NCBI GenBank assembly: GCA_046497275.1
Contig: JAWOFX010000019.1
Location: 60,001 to 92,000 of the forward strand
Source of the DNA: Promethearchaeia archaeon
GTDB taxonomy: Archaea > Asgardarchaeota > Lokiarchaeia > Sigyniarchaeales > SOKP01
Direction of reading: 5' to 3'
DNA: 32,000 nucleotides
Part shown: positions 9,331 through 18,533 of the stretch, piece after piece
Position numbering within the stretch: position 1 is the first letter of the stretch
Layout of the letters: every line of letters starts with the position of its first letter
Translations under genes and position numbers: made by a program
The notes under the pieces: model-generated
What the model was told of the DNA's origin: nothing
Seen by the model: the letters and a program-made list of their open reading frames with translations, nothing else
Database searches by the model: none

Positions 9331-9335
9331 ACCTC
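9331..9335 (-). promoter_or_regulatory. Shine-Dalgarno-like GAGGT for the roadblock gene
   Basis: The minus strand reads GAGGT, then 9 nt, then ATG (9321). Confidence 0.45.
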
Positions 9336-9457
9336 GCAAAATAAAAGGTATATGTAATATTAATAAGATCTTTCTCATATTTAATTTTTTCATTTCATTT
9401 ATCTTCGATTGCCTAAAATAACATTTCATATAAACATATGATATTTTGGAACTAATT

Positions 9458-9991
9458 TTACATTTTATGCTTCAGATTTATTATAAAAGTCCTTACGACC
9501 TCATTTTCAATGATCAACTTCATTACACTAGGTCGTGCAATTGGTTTATCAAAACCTGGTATTTGATCGGGAGCTTCTGGTACTGTTGGAGAGCCCGGAT
9601 TTAATAATAATACATTGAATCTAGTTCCTTTTATCACTGGTTTATGAGTATGACCATATATCAAAATTCCCCCAGTTAATTTCCTTTCGTCACAAAACTT
9701 TTCTAAATCTTCAGGTAATTTATGAATGATTCCTATCGGATTTGGAAATTCTTTGGTTGAGAAAAATAAGAATGGATTTGAATTTTCACCCTTATCGCAC
9801 TCGCCGGCAACTTGCTTAACAGGTGCTATTAGTTTCAGTTTCTCTATTATTTTTTTAGAACCTATATCTCCCGCATGAATTATCAAATCAACATCTTGAA
9901 AAATGTTTTCAACTTCTTCTAGAAAAGCGTTTATCTCTTTTTCATTTAAATTCTCTGTATGTGTGTCTGAAATTATTCCATATTTAACCAT
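9458..9991 (-). CDS. Metallophosphoesterase, YfcE/MJ0936/Vps29-like family
   Basis: IISDTH, IIHAGDIG, VAGECD, IYGHTHKP and LLNPGS. Confidence 0.9.
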   Translation of the reverse strand: MVKYGIISDTHTENLNEKEINAFLEEVENIFQDVDLIIHAGDIGSKKIIEKLKLIAPVKQVAGECDKGENSNPFLFFSTKEFPNPIGIIHKLPEDLEKFCDERKLTGGILIYGHTHKPVIKGTRFNVLLLNPGSPTVPEAPDQIPGFDKPIARPSVMKLIIENEVVRTFIINLKHKM

Positions 9992-10003
9992 GTCATTTAA
10001 ACT

Positions 10004-11071
10004 CTATATTGGAATTAAAAAGAAACCTAAAATAAATATAAGTAAGCCAATAAATATATCTATTAATATACGGAGATATTTGTCGGATGTTGATTCTTCA
10101 ATTTTTTTATTATTTTTGAAGTATTTTCTAAACTCTCGTAAACCAATGCGCACAGCAGATTTAATTTCTGAAAATTGCCATATAAATAAAACGATACTAA
10201 TGATTAGTAAAGGAATGTAAAGATAGAGTGAAAATGGGATAAAAGGGTTTGGATGATTCCATAACACATGCGCAGAAATGATATTATTAAATGCATGGGC
10301 GAAGATCAACGGAAAGATCCATTTTTTTCTTAAGATTAATAATGCCAAAATTATAGCCACGAGAAAGGTTTGTGTAAACCAGACCAGAGGATACCATAAG
10401 GGATAATTGGCGCTTATCGGGTTAAAAAAGTATGCAAAATGCCCCAACCCAAAATAAAGAGAGGAAATAATAACAGCAGAATTTTTTTGAAAAAAATCGC
10501 TCCCTCTCTTTGCAATAAAACCTCTTGCGAGAGTCTCTTCATATATTCCTACAGAAATTTGGATCACTAAAACAGATAATAGAAATATTAAGTAATCTGG
10601 TTCTAATAAGTAATTATTTAAAGTGGTTTCATATGTCAAAGATTCTATAGTATAATCAATAGTCCCGGGTAATAAAAGATAAATAATAAAATCTAAAGGA
10701 ATAAATAAAATGAATAAAATGAGAATACCGTATAACAGTTGATATTTGAAATTTGAAGTAGTTAAGCGATATAATTTCAGATGGCTTTTTGCAGGATTTA
10801 TATCTTCTTCTAATATTACTTTCCTTTTTTGCCATTCGAGAATGAAATTTGTGAGTAATAAAAATATTGGAATTGCAAGAAAATATGTGATGGCTTTTAA
10901 AAGAAAATAAAGAGGACCATAATAAACAGAATTCTCATCTACTAATTCTGGTAGAAGCAACCGAGGCATCAGACTAAATAAAAATATTCCTATAAATACT
11001 AAGATAACCTCAATAAAAAAACGACCTCGATCTCTGAATATTTTTTTTCTTGGTTTTTCATTAATACTCAT
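10004..11071 (-). CDS. CPBP (Abi/Rce1 type II CAAX protease-like) intramembrane metalloprotease
   Basis: EETLARG (EExxxR), LYFGLGH (FxxxH) and FAHAFNN (HxxxN) within a multi-TM protein. Confidence 0.9.
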   Translation of the reverse strand: MSINEKPRKKIFRDRGRFFIEVILVFIGIFLFSLMPRLLLPELVDENSVYYGPLYFLLKAITYFLAIPIFLLLTNFILEWQKRKVILEEDINPAKSHLKLYRLTTSNFKYQLLYGILILFILFIPLDFIIYLLLPGTIDYTIESLTYETTLNNYLLEPDYLIFLLSVLVIQISVGIYEETLARGFIAKRGSDFFQKNSAVIISSLYFGLGHFAYFFNPISANYPLWYPLVWFTQTFLVAIILALLILRKKWIFPLIFAHAFNNIISAHVLWNHPNPFIPFSLYLYIPLLIISIVLFIWQFSEIKSAVRIGLREFRKYFKNNKKIEESTSDKYLRILIDIFIGLLIFILGFFLIPI

Positions 11072-11080
11072 TATGCAAAT

Positions 11081-11085
11081 CTCCT
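11081..11085 (-). promoter_or_regulatory. Shine-Dalgarno-like AGGAG for the CPBP gene
   Basis: The minus strand reads AGGAG, then 9 nt, then ATG (11071). Confidence 0.45.
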
Positions 11086-11122
11086 TTCTTATAGTAATTT
11101 GAAGAGTAATAAATTAGAAATT

Positions 11123-12097
11123 TTAAATTTTGTTGTTTAGAATCTTTTCAAAATTCTTAACTAAGGCAAGATCGGGAATCCCGTATCGAGCACCTAGATG
11201 TTGGATACAATTCGCAGCAACAAAATTTCCGATTTTAACACATTTGATTAAATGATCAAATTCTATAGTGGGATTTTTAGAGAATTTATATATAAAACCT
11301 GCAGAAAACGCATCTCCTGCCCCAGTAGTATCCACAACATTCTCTACTTTAGTTGATGTGATGAGTTCTGAATCTTCATTAGTAATTAAAACAGCACCCT
11401 TCTCTCCAAGCGTAGCAATTACAACTTTTATTCCTAATTCTAACAATTTTGATGCATTATTTTTTACAATTGATTCATTTATGCCTGATTGGTCAATTTT
11501 TAATAATGTTTTAAACTCCCTTTGTGAAAGAATAAGAATATCTATTAGTCCCAAAATTTTTTTTATATTATCAAACCCTTGATCAACGATCAGCATACCA
11601 GGATTCAGTATAGTAGGGATATTATTCTTTTTTCCTATGTTCGCAGCTTTAATAAAAGGTTCTAAATTTTTTAAACTACTTAAAAAAATTACTTTAGTTA
11701 ATCTTAATTCATTTTCCAGAATATCTTCCTTGGATAAATAATTTGCTGCCCCACTATAAGCATAAATTCTTCTGTCACCCTTTTGATTTAAAGCTACATA
11801 AGCAGATCCAGTACCATGGTCCTTGGTATATTTTAATAGTTCAGTAGATACGTTAACTTCTTTAAAATCGTCAATTATTTTAGAGCCAAAAATATCATTT
11901 AAGCCTAATTTTCCTAAAAATGCAGACTTCAAACCAATTTTTGCACAAGCAAAGGCAGAATTCGCTGCGGCACCTCCCGATAAAAGTATTAAATCTGAAA
12001 CAAAAACCTCATCATCTTCTAATGGGTGCCTCTCAACCTTCGCCACCATATCAACAAGGGCGGCACCTATACAAATAACATCAAATCTTTTTTTCAT
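11123..12097 (-). CDS. PfkB/ribokinase-family kinase, possibly a nucleoside kinase
   Basis: GGAAANSA, GKLGLNDIFG, TGSAYV..GDRRI and the anion hole DTTGAGDAFSAGF. Confidence 0.9.
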   Translation of the reverse strand: MKKRFDVICIGAALVDMVAKVERHPLEDDEVFVSDLILLSGGAAANSAFACAKIGLKSAFLGKLGLNDIFGSKIIDDFKEVNVSTELLKYTKDHGTGSAYVALNQKGDRRIYAYSGAANYLSKEDILENELRLTKVIFLSSLKNLEPFIKAANIGKKNNIPTILNPGMLIVDQGFDNIKKILGLIDILILSQREFKTLLKIDQSGINESIVKNNASKLLELGIKVVIATLGEKGAVLITNEDSELITSTKVENVVDTTGAGDAFSAGFIYKFSKNPTIEFDHLIKCVKIGNFVAANCIQHLGARYGIPDLALVKNFEKILNNKI

Positions 12098-12107
12098 GAA
12101 TAATCAC

Positions 12108-13289
12108 TCAACTATACTCAAAAGATCCAAATTCTGACTTAATTTCTACCATATTTTTCTCTTTTAATGGAGATCTTTCACATTGGCCTATAATTTTTGC
12201 TTCAATATCATACTTTTTTGCAACATTTATAAGATTTTTAGTAATGGATTCATTACAGTAAAGTTCCATTCTATGACCCATATTAAATACAGAATACATT
12301 TCTTTCCATTGAGTTTCAGAAGAATTTTGAATAATTTCAAATATCTTTGGCAAGCGGAATAAATTGTTTTTTATATATTTAATTCCTTTTCCATAGTGAA
12401 GGTTTTTAGTTTGTCCACCCCCCGTATTATGGATTATTCCATGAATTTCTGATCTATATTCCTTCAAAATATGTAATAATACAGGTGCGTAGGTTCTTGT
12501 AGGAGAGAGAAGAGCCTTACCTACTGTAAGTTTTAAGCCTTTTGGTTTATCAGTAAGTTTATGTTTGCCAAAAAATACTAATTTTTCTTCTATTTCCTTA
12601 TTATAACATTCGGGATATTTTTCATAATATTCATGTGAGAGTGTACCATGTCTTGCTAAGGTTAAACCATTACTTCCAATTCCACTATTATACTCTTCTT
12701 CATAGCTTGCCTTTCCAGAGCTTGCTAACCCAACAATTACATCATCTGTTTTTATATTTTCTGTGTCGATAACATCTGTACGTTTCATGCTAGTGAAAAT
12801 TGAAGCGTCTAACATGACAGTCTTAACTAAATCACCAACATCAGCAGTTTCTCCACCACACATTACCATCTTAACCCCTAAATTTGTTAATCTTTTACTA
12901 TAATCATTATATTCTTTGATAATTGTTCCTATAATTTCTCCAGAAATAAAATGACTATTTCTTCCAAGATTATTAGAAAGAAACATGGCTCCTGTTGCAC
13001 CTACGCACAAAATATCATCAATGTTCATTACAATTGCATCTTTAACAACTCCTTTGAATATTGAAAGATCTCCTGTTTCTCTGTAATACATATACGCTAG
13101 ACTTGATTTTGTTCCTGCTCCATCAGCATGAAATATAGAACAATAATCCTCTCTGCCATTCAAATCTTCTACAATCTTACAAAAGGCTCCAGGATATAAT
13201 CCTTTATCTAAACTTTTTATGGCTTCATGAACCTCTTCCTTTTGGGAAGAGACTCCTAATTTTGAATATATATTATCGTTTTCTGCCAT
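12108..13289 (-). CDS. purM: AIR synthase (phosphoribosylformylglycinamidine cyclo-ligase), Bacteroidota-type variant
   Basis: HADGAGTKSSLAY, VMNIDDILCVGA, GGETADVGD, GLASSG..SNGLTLARH, LLSPTRTY, HNTGGG and FNMGHRM; lies directly downstream of purB. Confidence 0.92.
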   Translation of the reverse strand: MAENDNIYSKLGVSSQKEEVHEAIKSLDKGLYPGAFCKIVEDLNGREDYCSIFHADGAGTKSSLAYMYYRETGDLSIFKGVVKDAIVMNIDDILCVGATGAMFLSNNLGRNSHFISGEIIGTIIKEYNDYSKRLTNLGVKMVMCGGETADVGDLVKTVMLDASIFTSMKRTDVIDTENIKTDDVIVGLASSGKASYEEEYNSGIGSNGLTLARHGTLSHEYYEKYPECYNKEIEEKLVFFGKHKLTDKPKGLKLTVGKALLSPTRTYAPVLLHILKEYRSEIHGIIHNTGGGQTKNLHYGKGIKYIKNNLFRLPKIFEIIQNSSETQWKEMYSVFNMGHRMELYCNESITKNLINVAKKYDIEAKIIGQCERSPLKEKNMVEIKSEFGSFEYS

Positions 13290-13296
13290 CCTAATA

Positions 13297-14655
13297 CTAT
13301 AATTTATATTTCTGTTTTAAATTTTTAACGAGATTTTCTACTTGCTTTTTAGCTTTGCCAATATATTTATGAGGATCAAATAATTCTTCCATTTCCTCTT
13401 TAGTGAATTTATTTATAATATCTTCCTCTTCCATAAGAATATCTTTCATGAATCTATCTTCATTTCGAGCTTTAATTGCGGCTTGACGTAGTAATTCATG
13501 AGCATCTTGTCTTCCTATGCCCCGCTTAACCAATGAGACCATAACTTTTTCAGCTAAACATGCCCCTTTTGTAAGGTTGAGATTTTTTTTAACATTTTCT
13601 TCATTGAAAACTAATCCTTTAATATTTTTTGTTAATTCTTTGATCATAAAATCTAAAAAGATAAAATTTTCTGGAAACAATACCCTTTCATTTGCGGAAT
13701 TTGTTAAATCTCTTTCATTCTCTAATATTATATTATCTAACCCCACAATAACATTTGACTTTAAAATCCTCGCCAAGCTGCATATTCTCTCCGATTTATG
13801 AGGGTTTCTTTTGTGGGGCATTGTTGAACTCCCTACTTGTTTTTCTTTAAATGGTTCAAACATCTCTGCAATTTCGTTTCTTTGTAATATTCTATTTTCC
13901 CTTGCTATTTTAGCTAAAGATTGACCAATTAAGGCAGTTAAAATAATAACCTCTGCATGCCTATCTCTCTGTACAATTTGATTTGCTATTTTTACTGGTT
14001 TGAGATCAAGTTTTTCCATCACCATGTTTTGAATCTTAATTCCTTCTTCCCCAAAACTTGCCATAGTTCCTACAGCACCAGACATTTTCCCATAGGATAT
14101 TCTTTCTCTTATTTGATGTAACCTATTGATATGCCGATCTATTTCATATGCCCAAACCCCAAACTTCATTCCATAGGTTGTTGGTATCGCATGTTGACCA
14201 TGTGTGCGCCCAATGCAAACTAACTCCTTTTTATTTTCTGCTACTATTATTAATTCTTTTAAAAGTATTTTTAGGGAATTCTCAATATAATTCAAGGCAG
14301 CTCTTAATTGTAAAGCGGTTGCAGTATCTTCAATATCATAACTCGTGGCTCCTAAGTGAATATATTTCCCCGCATCACCCTCGCATTGCTCAGCTAGAGC
14401 TTTCACCATCGCCATTAAATCATGATGTATTTCTTTATCAATTGCTTTAACTCTTTCAACTTTTACAAAATCTAGATTTGCTTTTTTATCTATTTCCTTA
14501 GCAGCATCTATTGGTATATTCCCTAACTCTGCATGAACTTTTGCTAAAACAGCTTCAACTTTTAACCAATTTTCTAATTTTTGATCTTCTGTAAAAAGAT
14601 CTGCGATTTTGGTTCGATATCTTGTTTCAATGGGATGGATAAATTTATGATTCAT
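13297..14655 (-). CDS. purB: Adenylosuccinate lyase
   Basis: HHDLMA, IHLGATSYD, GRTHGQHA.PTT.G, GAVGT and the signature GSSTMPHKRNP. Confidence 0.97.
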   Translation of the reverse strand: MNHKFIHPIETRYRTKIADLFTEDQKLENWLKVEAVLAKVHAELGNIPIDAAKEIDKKANLDFVKVERVKAIDKEIHHDLMAMVKALAEQCEGDAGKYIHLGATSYDIEDTATALQLRAALNYIENSLKILLKELIIVAENKKELVCIGRTHGQHAIPTTYGMKFGVWAYEIDRHINRLHQIRERISYGKMSGAVGTMASFGEEGIKIQNMVMEKLDLKPVKIANQIVQRDRHAEVIILTALIGQSLAKIARENRILQRNEIAEMFEPFKEKQVGSSTMPHKRNPHKSERICSLARILKSNVIVGLDNIILENERDLTNSANERVLFPENFIFLDFMIKELTKNIKGLVFNEENVKKNLNLTKGACLAEKVMVSLVKRGIGRQDAHELLRQAAIKARNEDRFMKDILMEEEDIINKFTKEEMEELFDPHKYIGKAKKQVENLVKNLKQKYKL

Positions 14656-14816
14656 TATATTTATTAAAAAGAATTATTCAAAAATATATTTTTTAGTGGA
14701 AGAAAAAAGATCTTATTAATGTGGAATCAAAATATTAGATTTAAATTATATAATAAGAAATTAGTAATTTAATTCTCTGTTTTCTTTTTAGAAAGAGTAT
14801 TTCTTATTTTTAAAAA

Positions 14817-15077
14817 ATGGATAATATAAAGAAATTCTATTTTTTTAGATGTTATCATTGTGGAGAATGGTATTATTCATCAAAGAGAATAAAAATAAAA
14901 AAATGTTGGAAATGTAATAAATCATTTAAGTTTAAAAACGCAAAAAAATTCTCAAAAGAATGTTCAACAAGGGAAGCCATTGAAATAATTAAATTATTAA
15001 AAGAAAAAGATATTAAAAAAGAACTCCAGACTCATACAGGGAAGAAATTTCTCAATTTTGCTAAATTTGATTTATAA
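14817..15077 (+). CDS. Small Zn-ribbon protein (DUF1922-like)
   Basis: YFFRCYHCGEWYYS...KKCWKCNK provides two CxxC pairs in an 86-aa basic protein. Confidence 0.65.
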   Translation: MDNIKKFYFFRCYHCGEWYYSSKRIKIKKCWKCNKSFKFKNAKKFSKECSTREAIEIIKLLKEKDIKKELQTHTGKKFLNFAKFDL

Positions 15078-15152
15078 GAACAAAATTTTTAAACTATTTT
15101 TCTAAGAATTTTTTAAGGATTTGTAAATAATACAACTATAACTTACTTTATA

Positions 15153-16610
15153 ATGGCGAATTATGTGGAGTTACCAGAAGAGTTAAAAATATTTGACGAT
15201 AATCTTATTCGTAAACTCAATAAAGCAGCAGCAGATAAAATTGATTATTGGGATATAAGAGTCGGAATAAAAACCGGTTCCTCAATAGAATTTACAGACC
15301 TAAAAAGTCGAGAAATCTCTTCTTTTGAAACCTCCAAATGTGGTATTAGGACTTTTTATAATGGAGGTTGGGGTTTTCTTGTCTTAGAAGATTTAACAAG
15401 AGAATATGTTGAAAATAATTTTAACAAAGCTGTTAAACTGGCAAGATTATCAGAGTCACTTAATAAACGTAAGTTTAAGATTAATGAAAAAAATCCCCTA
15501 GAAAAAAGTTTCAAACTAAATTCTAAGAAACCTTTAGAAGATATGGATATTTCTGAAAAAATTGAAATAGTCAAAAAACATGAACAGATTGCAAATGAAT
15601 TTAGTAAGTTCATTAATAATACACATACATTATATTTTGATGGTAAGGGGGTAAATCTCTACATAGATTCATGTGGATCAATGATTAATCAAAAACTTTC
15701 GATATTACGAATGTTTTCAGCTGTTTTTGCCCAGAAAAATGGAATTATTCAAAGAGGATTTAACTCTATTGGAGGATTAGGTGGGTTAGAAATACTTGAA
15801 ACTCCGAAAGCAGAAAATCTAAGTAAAAAATCGGCGGAAGATGCGGTGAATCTTTTGGATGCAGAATCTCCAGTCGGCGGTAAATTTACTGTAATTATGG
15901 ATCCGAGTTTAACGGGAACTTTTATTCATGAGGCTTTTGGACATGCTTGTGAAGCAGATTTAGTACTAAACAAAGAAAGTATCTTAGAAGGAAAAATTGG
16001 GGATAAAGTCGCAGCAGAAAATATTACCGTAATAGACGATCCACGAATGGGCAAAGGAAAGGACGCAAAATTACCATATGAATTATACGGTTCCTATTTT
16101 ATCGATGATGAGGGCATCCCTTCCCAAAAAACAACTATAATAGAAAACGGGATCTTTAAAAATTATTTACACAATCTAGAAACGGCCTCAAGAATGGGGT
16201 ATGAACCAAATGGACATGGTAGAGCATCATCTAATACAAATAAGCCGCAAGTACGAATGGGTGTTACTATATTAGAACCAGGAAATTGGACTTTAGAAGA
16301 GATGATCTCAGAAACTAAAAATGGGGTTCTTTGCGAAGATTTCAATTATGGATATACGGATCCTACAACAGGGAATTTTCAATTTAAAGCAAAATTATCT
16401 TATAAAATTGAGGACGGCAAAAAGAAAGAATTAATGAGGGATGTATCGCTTTCAGGGATGACCCTTGAAGTGTTAAATAGAATAAACGCCATTAGTAAGG
16501 ATCTAAAATTCTCAGATGGGAATTGTGGAAAAGGTGGGCAGAGTGTTCGAGTTTCAGATGGTGGACCTTATATTAGAGTTGATAATATTGTTGTTGGAGG
16601 TTTAAAATAA
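15153..16610 (+). CDS. tldD: TldD metalloprotease subunit
   Basis: HEAFGH.CEAD (HExxxH), DDEG, NGHGR, VRM..T and the C-terminal CGKGGQ.V.VS.GGP. Confidence 0.95.
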   Translation: MANYVELPEELKIFDDNLIRKLNKAAADKIDYWDIRVGIKTGSSIEFTDLKSREISSFETSKCGIRTFYNGGWGFLVLEDLTREYVENNFNKAVKLARLSESLNKRKFKINEKNPLEKSFKLNSKKPLEDMDISEKIEIVKKHEQIANEFSKFINNTHTLYFDGKGVNLYIDSCGSMINQKLSILRMFSAVFAQKNGIIQRGFNSIGGLGGLEILETPKAENLSKKSAEDAVNLLDAESPVGGKFTVIMDPSLTGTFIHEAFGHACEADLVLNKESILEGKIGDKVAAENITVIDDPRMGKGKDAKLPYELYGSYFIDDEGIPSQKTTIIENGIFKNYLHNLETASRMGYEPNGHGRASSNTNKPQVRMGVTILEPGNWTLEEMISETKNGVLCEDFNYGYTDPTTGNFQFKAKLSYKIEDGKKKELMRDVSLSGMTLEVLNRINAISKDLKFSDGNCGKGGQSVRVSDGGPYIRVDNIVVGGLK

Positions 16611-17989
16611 TGGAAAAATATACAGATGTAGATTTTCATAGAATCTCTGAAAAATTATTAACTAACCTTGAAAGGATGAACAGCCATGTGAAATGCGCGG
16701 AAATTTATGTTGACCTTAATCAATATATCAATATTGAAATCGAAGAGAATTCAATTAAAAATAGTGAAATAGGGATGGAAAATGGAATTTCTGTTAGGGT
16801 TTTTGATAAGAGAGGTTCTCTCGGATTTTCCTTTACAAATCGATTTCAAGAAAGTTCCTTAGATCATATGGTCAAAAATTCCTTAAAAATGATGGAAGTT
16901 GGTACTCCAGATTCTGATTTTAAAAATATACCTGGAGAATATAAAAATTATCCTAAAGTACAAGCACTTTATAATGAAAATATAAAAGAATTGAGCATAG
17001 AAGAAGCTTCTGATTATATTAAGGATTTAATTAAAGTTTGTGAAGATGATGAGATGGCAATTTCACAATCTGCAAATTTAAAAGCAAATTATTCTAAAAC
17101 TTATATATTTAATTCTAATGGGTTAGAGATTTCTGGTAAAAAAACTATTGCTTCAATCTCATCAACAATTATTGCAAAAGATAAGGAAACTAACGAAACG
17201 TCATCGGGGTTTGAAACACAATCAGTTAGAAATTTAAATGAACTTGACGCTATAGAAACTGCTTCAAATGCATTAAAGGATGCGAAACAGAATTTAAATA
17301 GAAAGAAAATTAAAAATATGAGTGTCCCAGTCATTTTAACTCCTAAAGGGGTGATTAATTTAATTTTAAGGCCTTTATCTTCGGCAATCAATGCTGAAAC
17401 GTTTCAATATAAACGAAGTTTTTTAGTAGGAAAGAAGGGAAGTAAAATTGGATCTGAATTGCTGAATATCGAGGATAATGCATTAATCGATGGCGCGTCT
17501 GGCTCTGCTATATTTGATGATGAAGGTGTTCCATGTAGAAATAAGAAAATTATTGAAAAAGGAAGATTTCTTGAAGAAAGTTTATTGCATAATAGTTATA
17601 CAGCAGCTAAAGCAGGAGTTGAAAGTACGGGTAACGCAGTCCGCTCATCGTATAGCTCAACCCCATCAATAAGTTCAACTAATTTTATAATGAAAACTGG
17701 GGATAGATCTAAAGATGAAATTATAAAAGAAGTTAAAAATGGCATCCTTTTTGATTATACAGGTGATTCTCCTAATATTTCAACTGGAGACTTTTCTGGA
17801 TTAATTTTGCATGGTAATTTAATAAGAAATGGTGAAATTACACACTCTCTAAATGAAACTATGTTTGGAATAAATCTAATAGATCTGTTTAACAAAATTT
17901 CTGCCGTTTCAAAAGAATATAAAAAATATGGATCCTATTGGGCACCCTATGTAAAAATAGAGAATATACCTATAATAGGCTCCGCATAA
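16610..17989 (+). CDS. pmbA: PmbA/TldE subunit
   Basis: TldD/PmbA fold with FDDEGVP, STGNA and GDFS; no HExxxH. The TAATG stop/start overlap with tldD suggests translational coupling. Confidence 0.92.
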   Translation: MEKYTDVDFHRISEKLLTNLERMNSHVKCAEIYVDLNQYINIEIEENSIKNSEIGMENGISVRVFDKRGSLGFSFTNRFQESSLDHMVKNSLKMMEVGTPDSDFKNIPGEYKNYPKVQALYNENIKELSIEEASDYIKDLIKVCEDDEMAISQSANLKANYSKTYIFNSNGLEISGKKTIASISSTIIAKDKETNETSSGFETQSVRNLNELDAIETASNALKDAKQNLNRKKIKNMSVPVILTPKGVINLILRPLSSAINAETFQYKRSFLVGKKGSKIGSELLNIEDNALIDGASGSAIFDDEGVPCRNKKIIEKGRFLEESLLHNSYTAAKAGVESTGNAVRSSYSSTPSISSTNFIMKTGDRSKDEIIKEVKNGILFDYTGDSPNISTGDFSGLILHGNLIRNGEITHSLNETMFGINLIDLFNKISAVSKEYKKYGSYWAPYVKIENIPIIGSA

Positions 17990-18023
17990 TTAATTCTAAA
18001 GAAATATTCTTCAAAAATCCAAT

Positions 18024-18533
18024 CTATAATACTTCTATTCTTAAGTATACAATATTTATAAATAATTCTCCAGAAGCAGTATTTTCAAATAATTGAGCTA
18101 TTAATGTTCTATTTCCTCCTGTGTAAAACGAAATAGTTAATTTTTCAGAGATCCAATCTTCATTATGCTGTAAAGTGATATTTGAAATTGAAAAATTCAA
18201 TTCAGCATTCACCGCTCCATTTAGTCCTAATATTGTATTATTATCTCCTTTCGAAATATTTACATTAAAAGTGACTTCTCTTTCTAAATAATTACCTATT
18301 CCGACATAAAAGGAAATATTCTCTCCGATAGTTGCGTTTGTAGGATAATCTTCCATTTTTTTATCTTCATTTAAAATAAAAACCGTAGTGAAAGGTGGTT
18401 CTGGATTAACGACGTAGTATATAATAAAACCCGAAATTATGAGGATTCCGGCAATTAAGCAGATAGTTATTATCTTATCGAAATGCTCAAAACTTTCCTT
18501 TAATTTTCTACTATTATTATCGTTATCACTCAT
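18024..18533 (-). CDS. DUF1616-like protein (one TM helix plus an Ig-like beta domain)
   Basis: TM IITICLIAGILIISGFIIYYVV followed by FTTVFILNEDKKMEDYPTNATIGE...VGIGN; 8-bp overlap with the upstream epimerase gene. Confidence 0.7.
   Translation of the reverse strand: MSDNDNNSRKLKESFEHFDKIITICLIAGILIISGFIIYYVVNPEPPFTTVFILNEDKKMEDYPTNATIGENISFYVGIGNYLEREVTFNVNISKGDNNTILGLNGAVNAELNFSISNITLQHNEDWISEKLTISFYTGGNRTLIAQLFENTASGELFINIVYLRIEVL

Noticed and set aside
14656-18023. tldD-pmbA as part of a RiPP (microcin-type) biosynthetic cluster
   Set aside because: No YcaO, radical SAM or transporter gene and no plausible precursor peptide is adjacent; TldDE pairs are widespread housekeeping genes.
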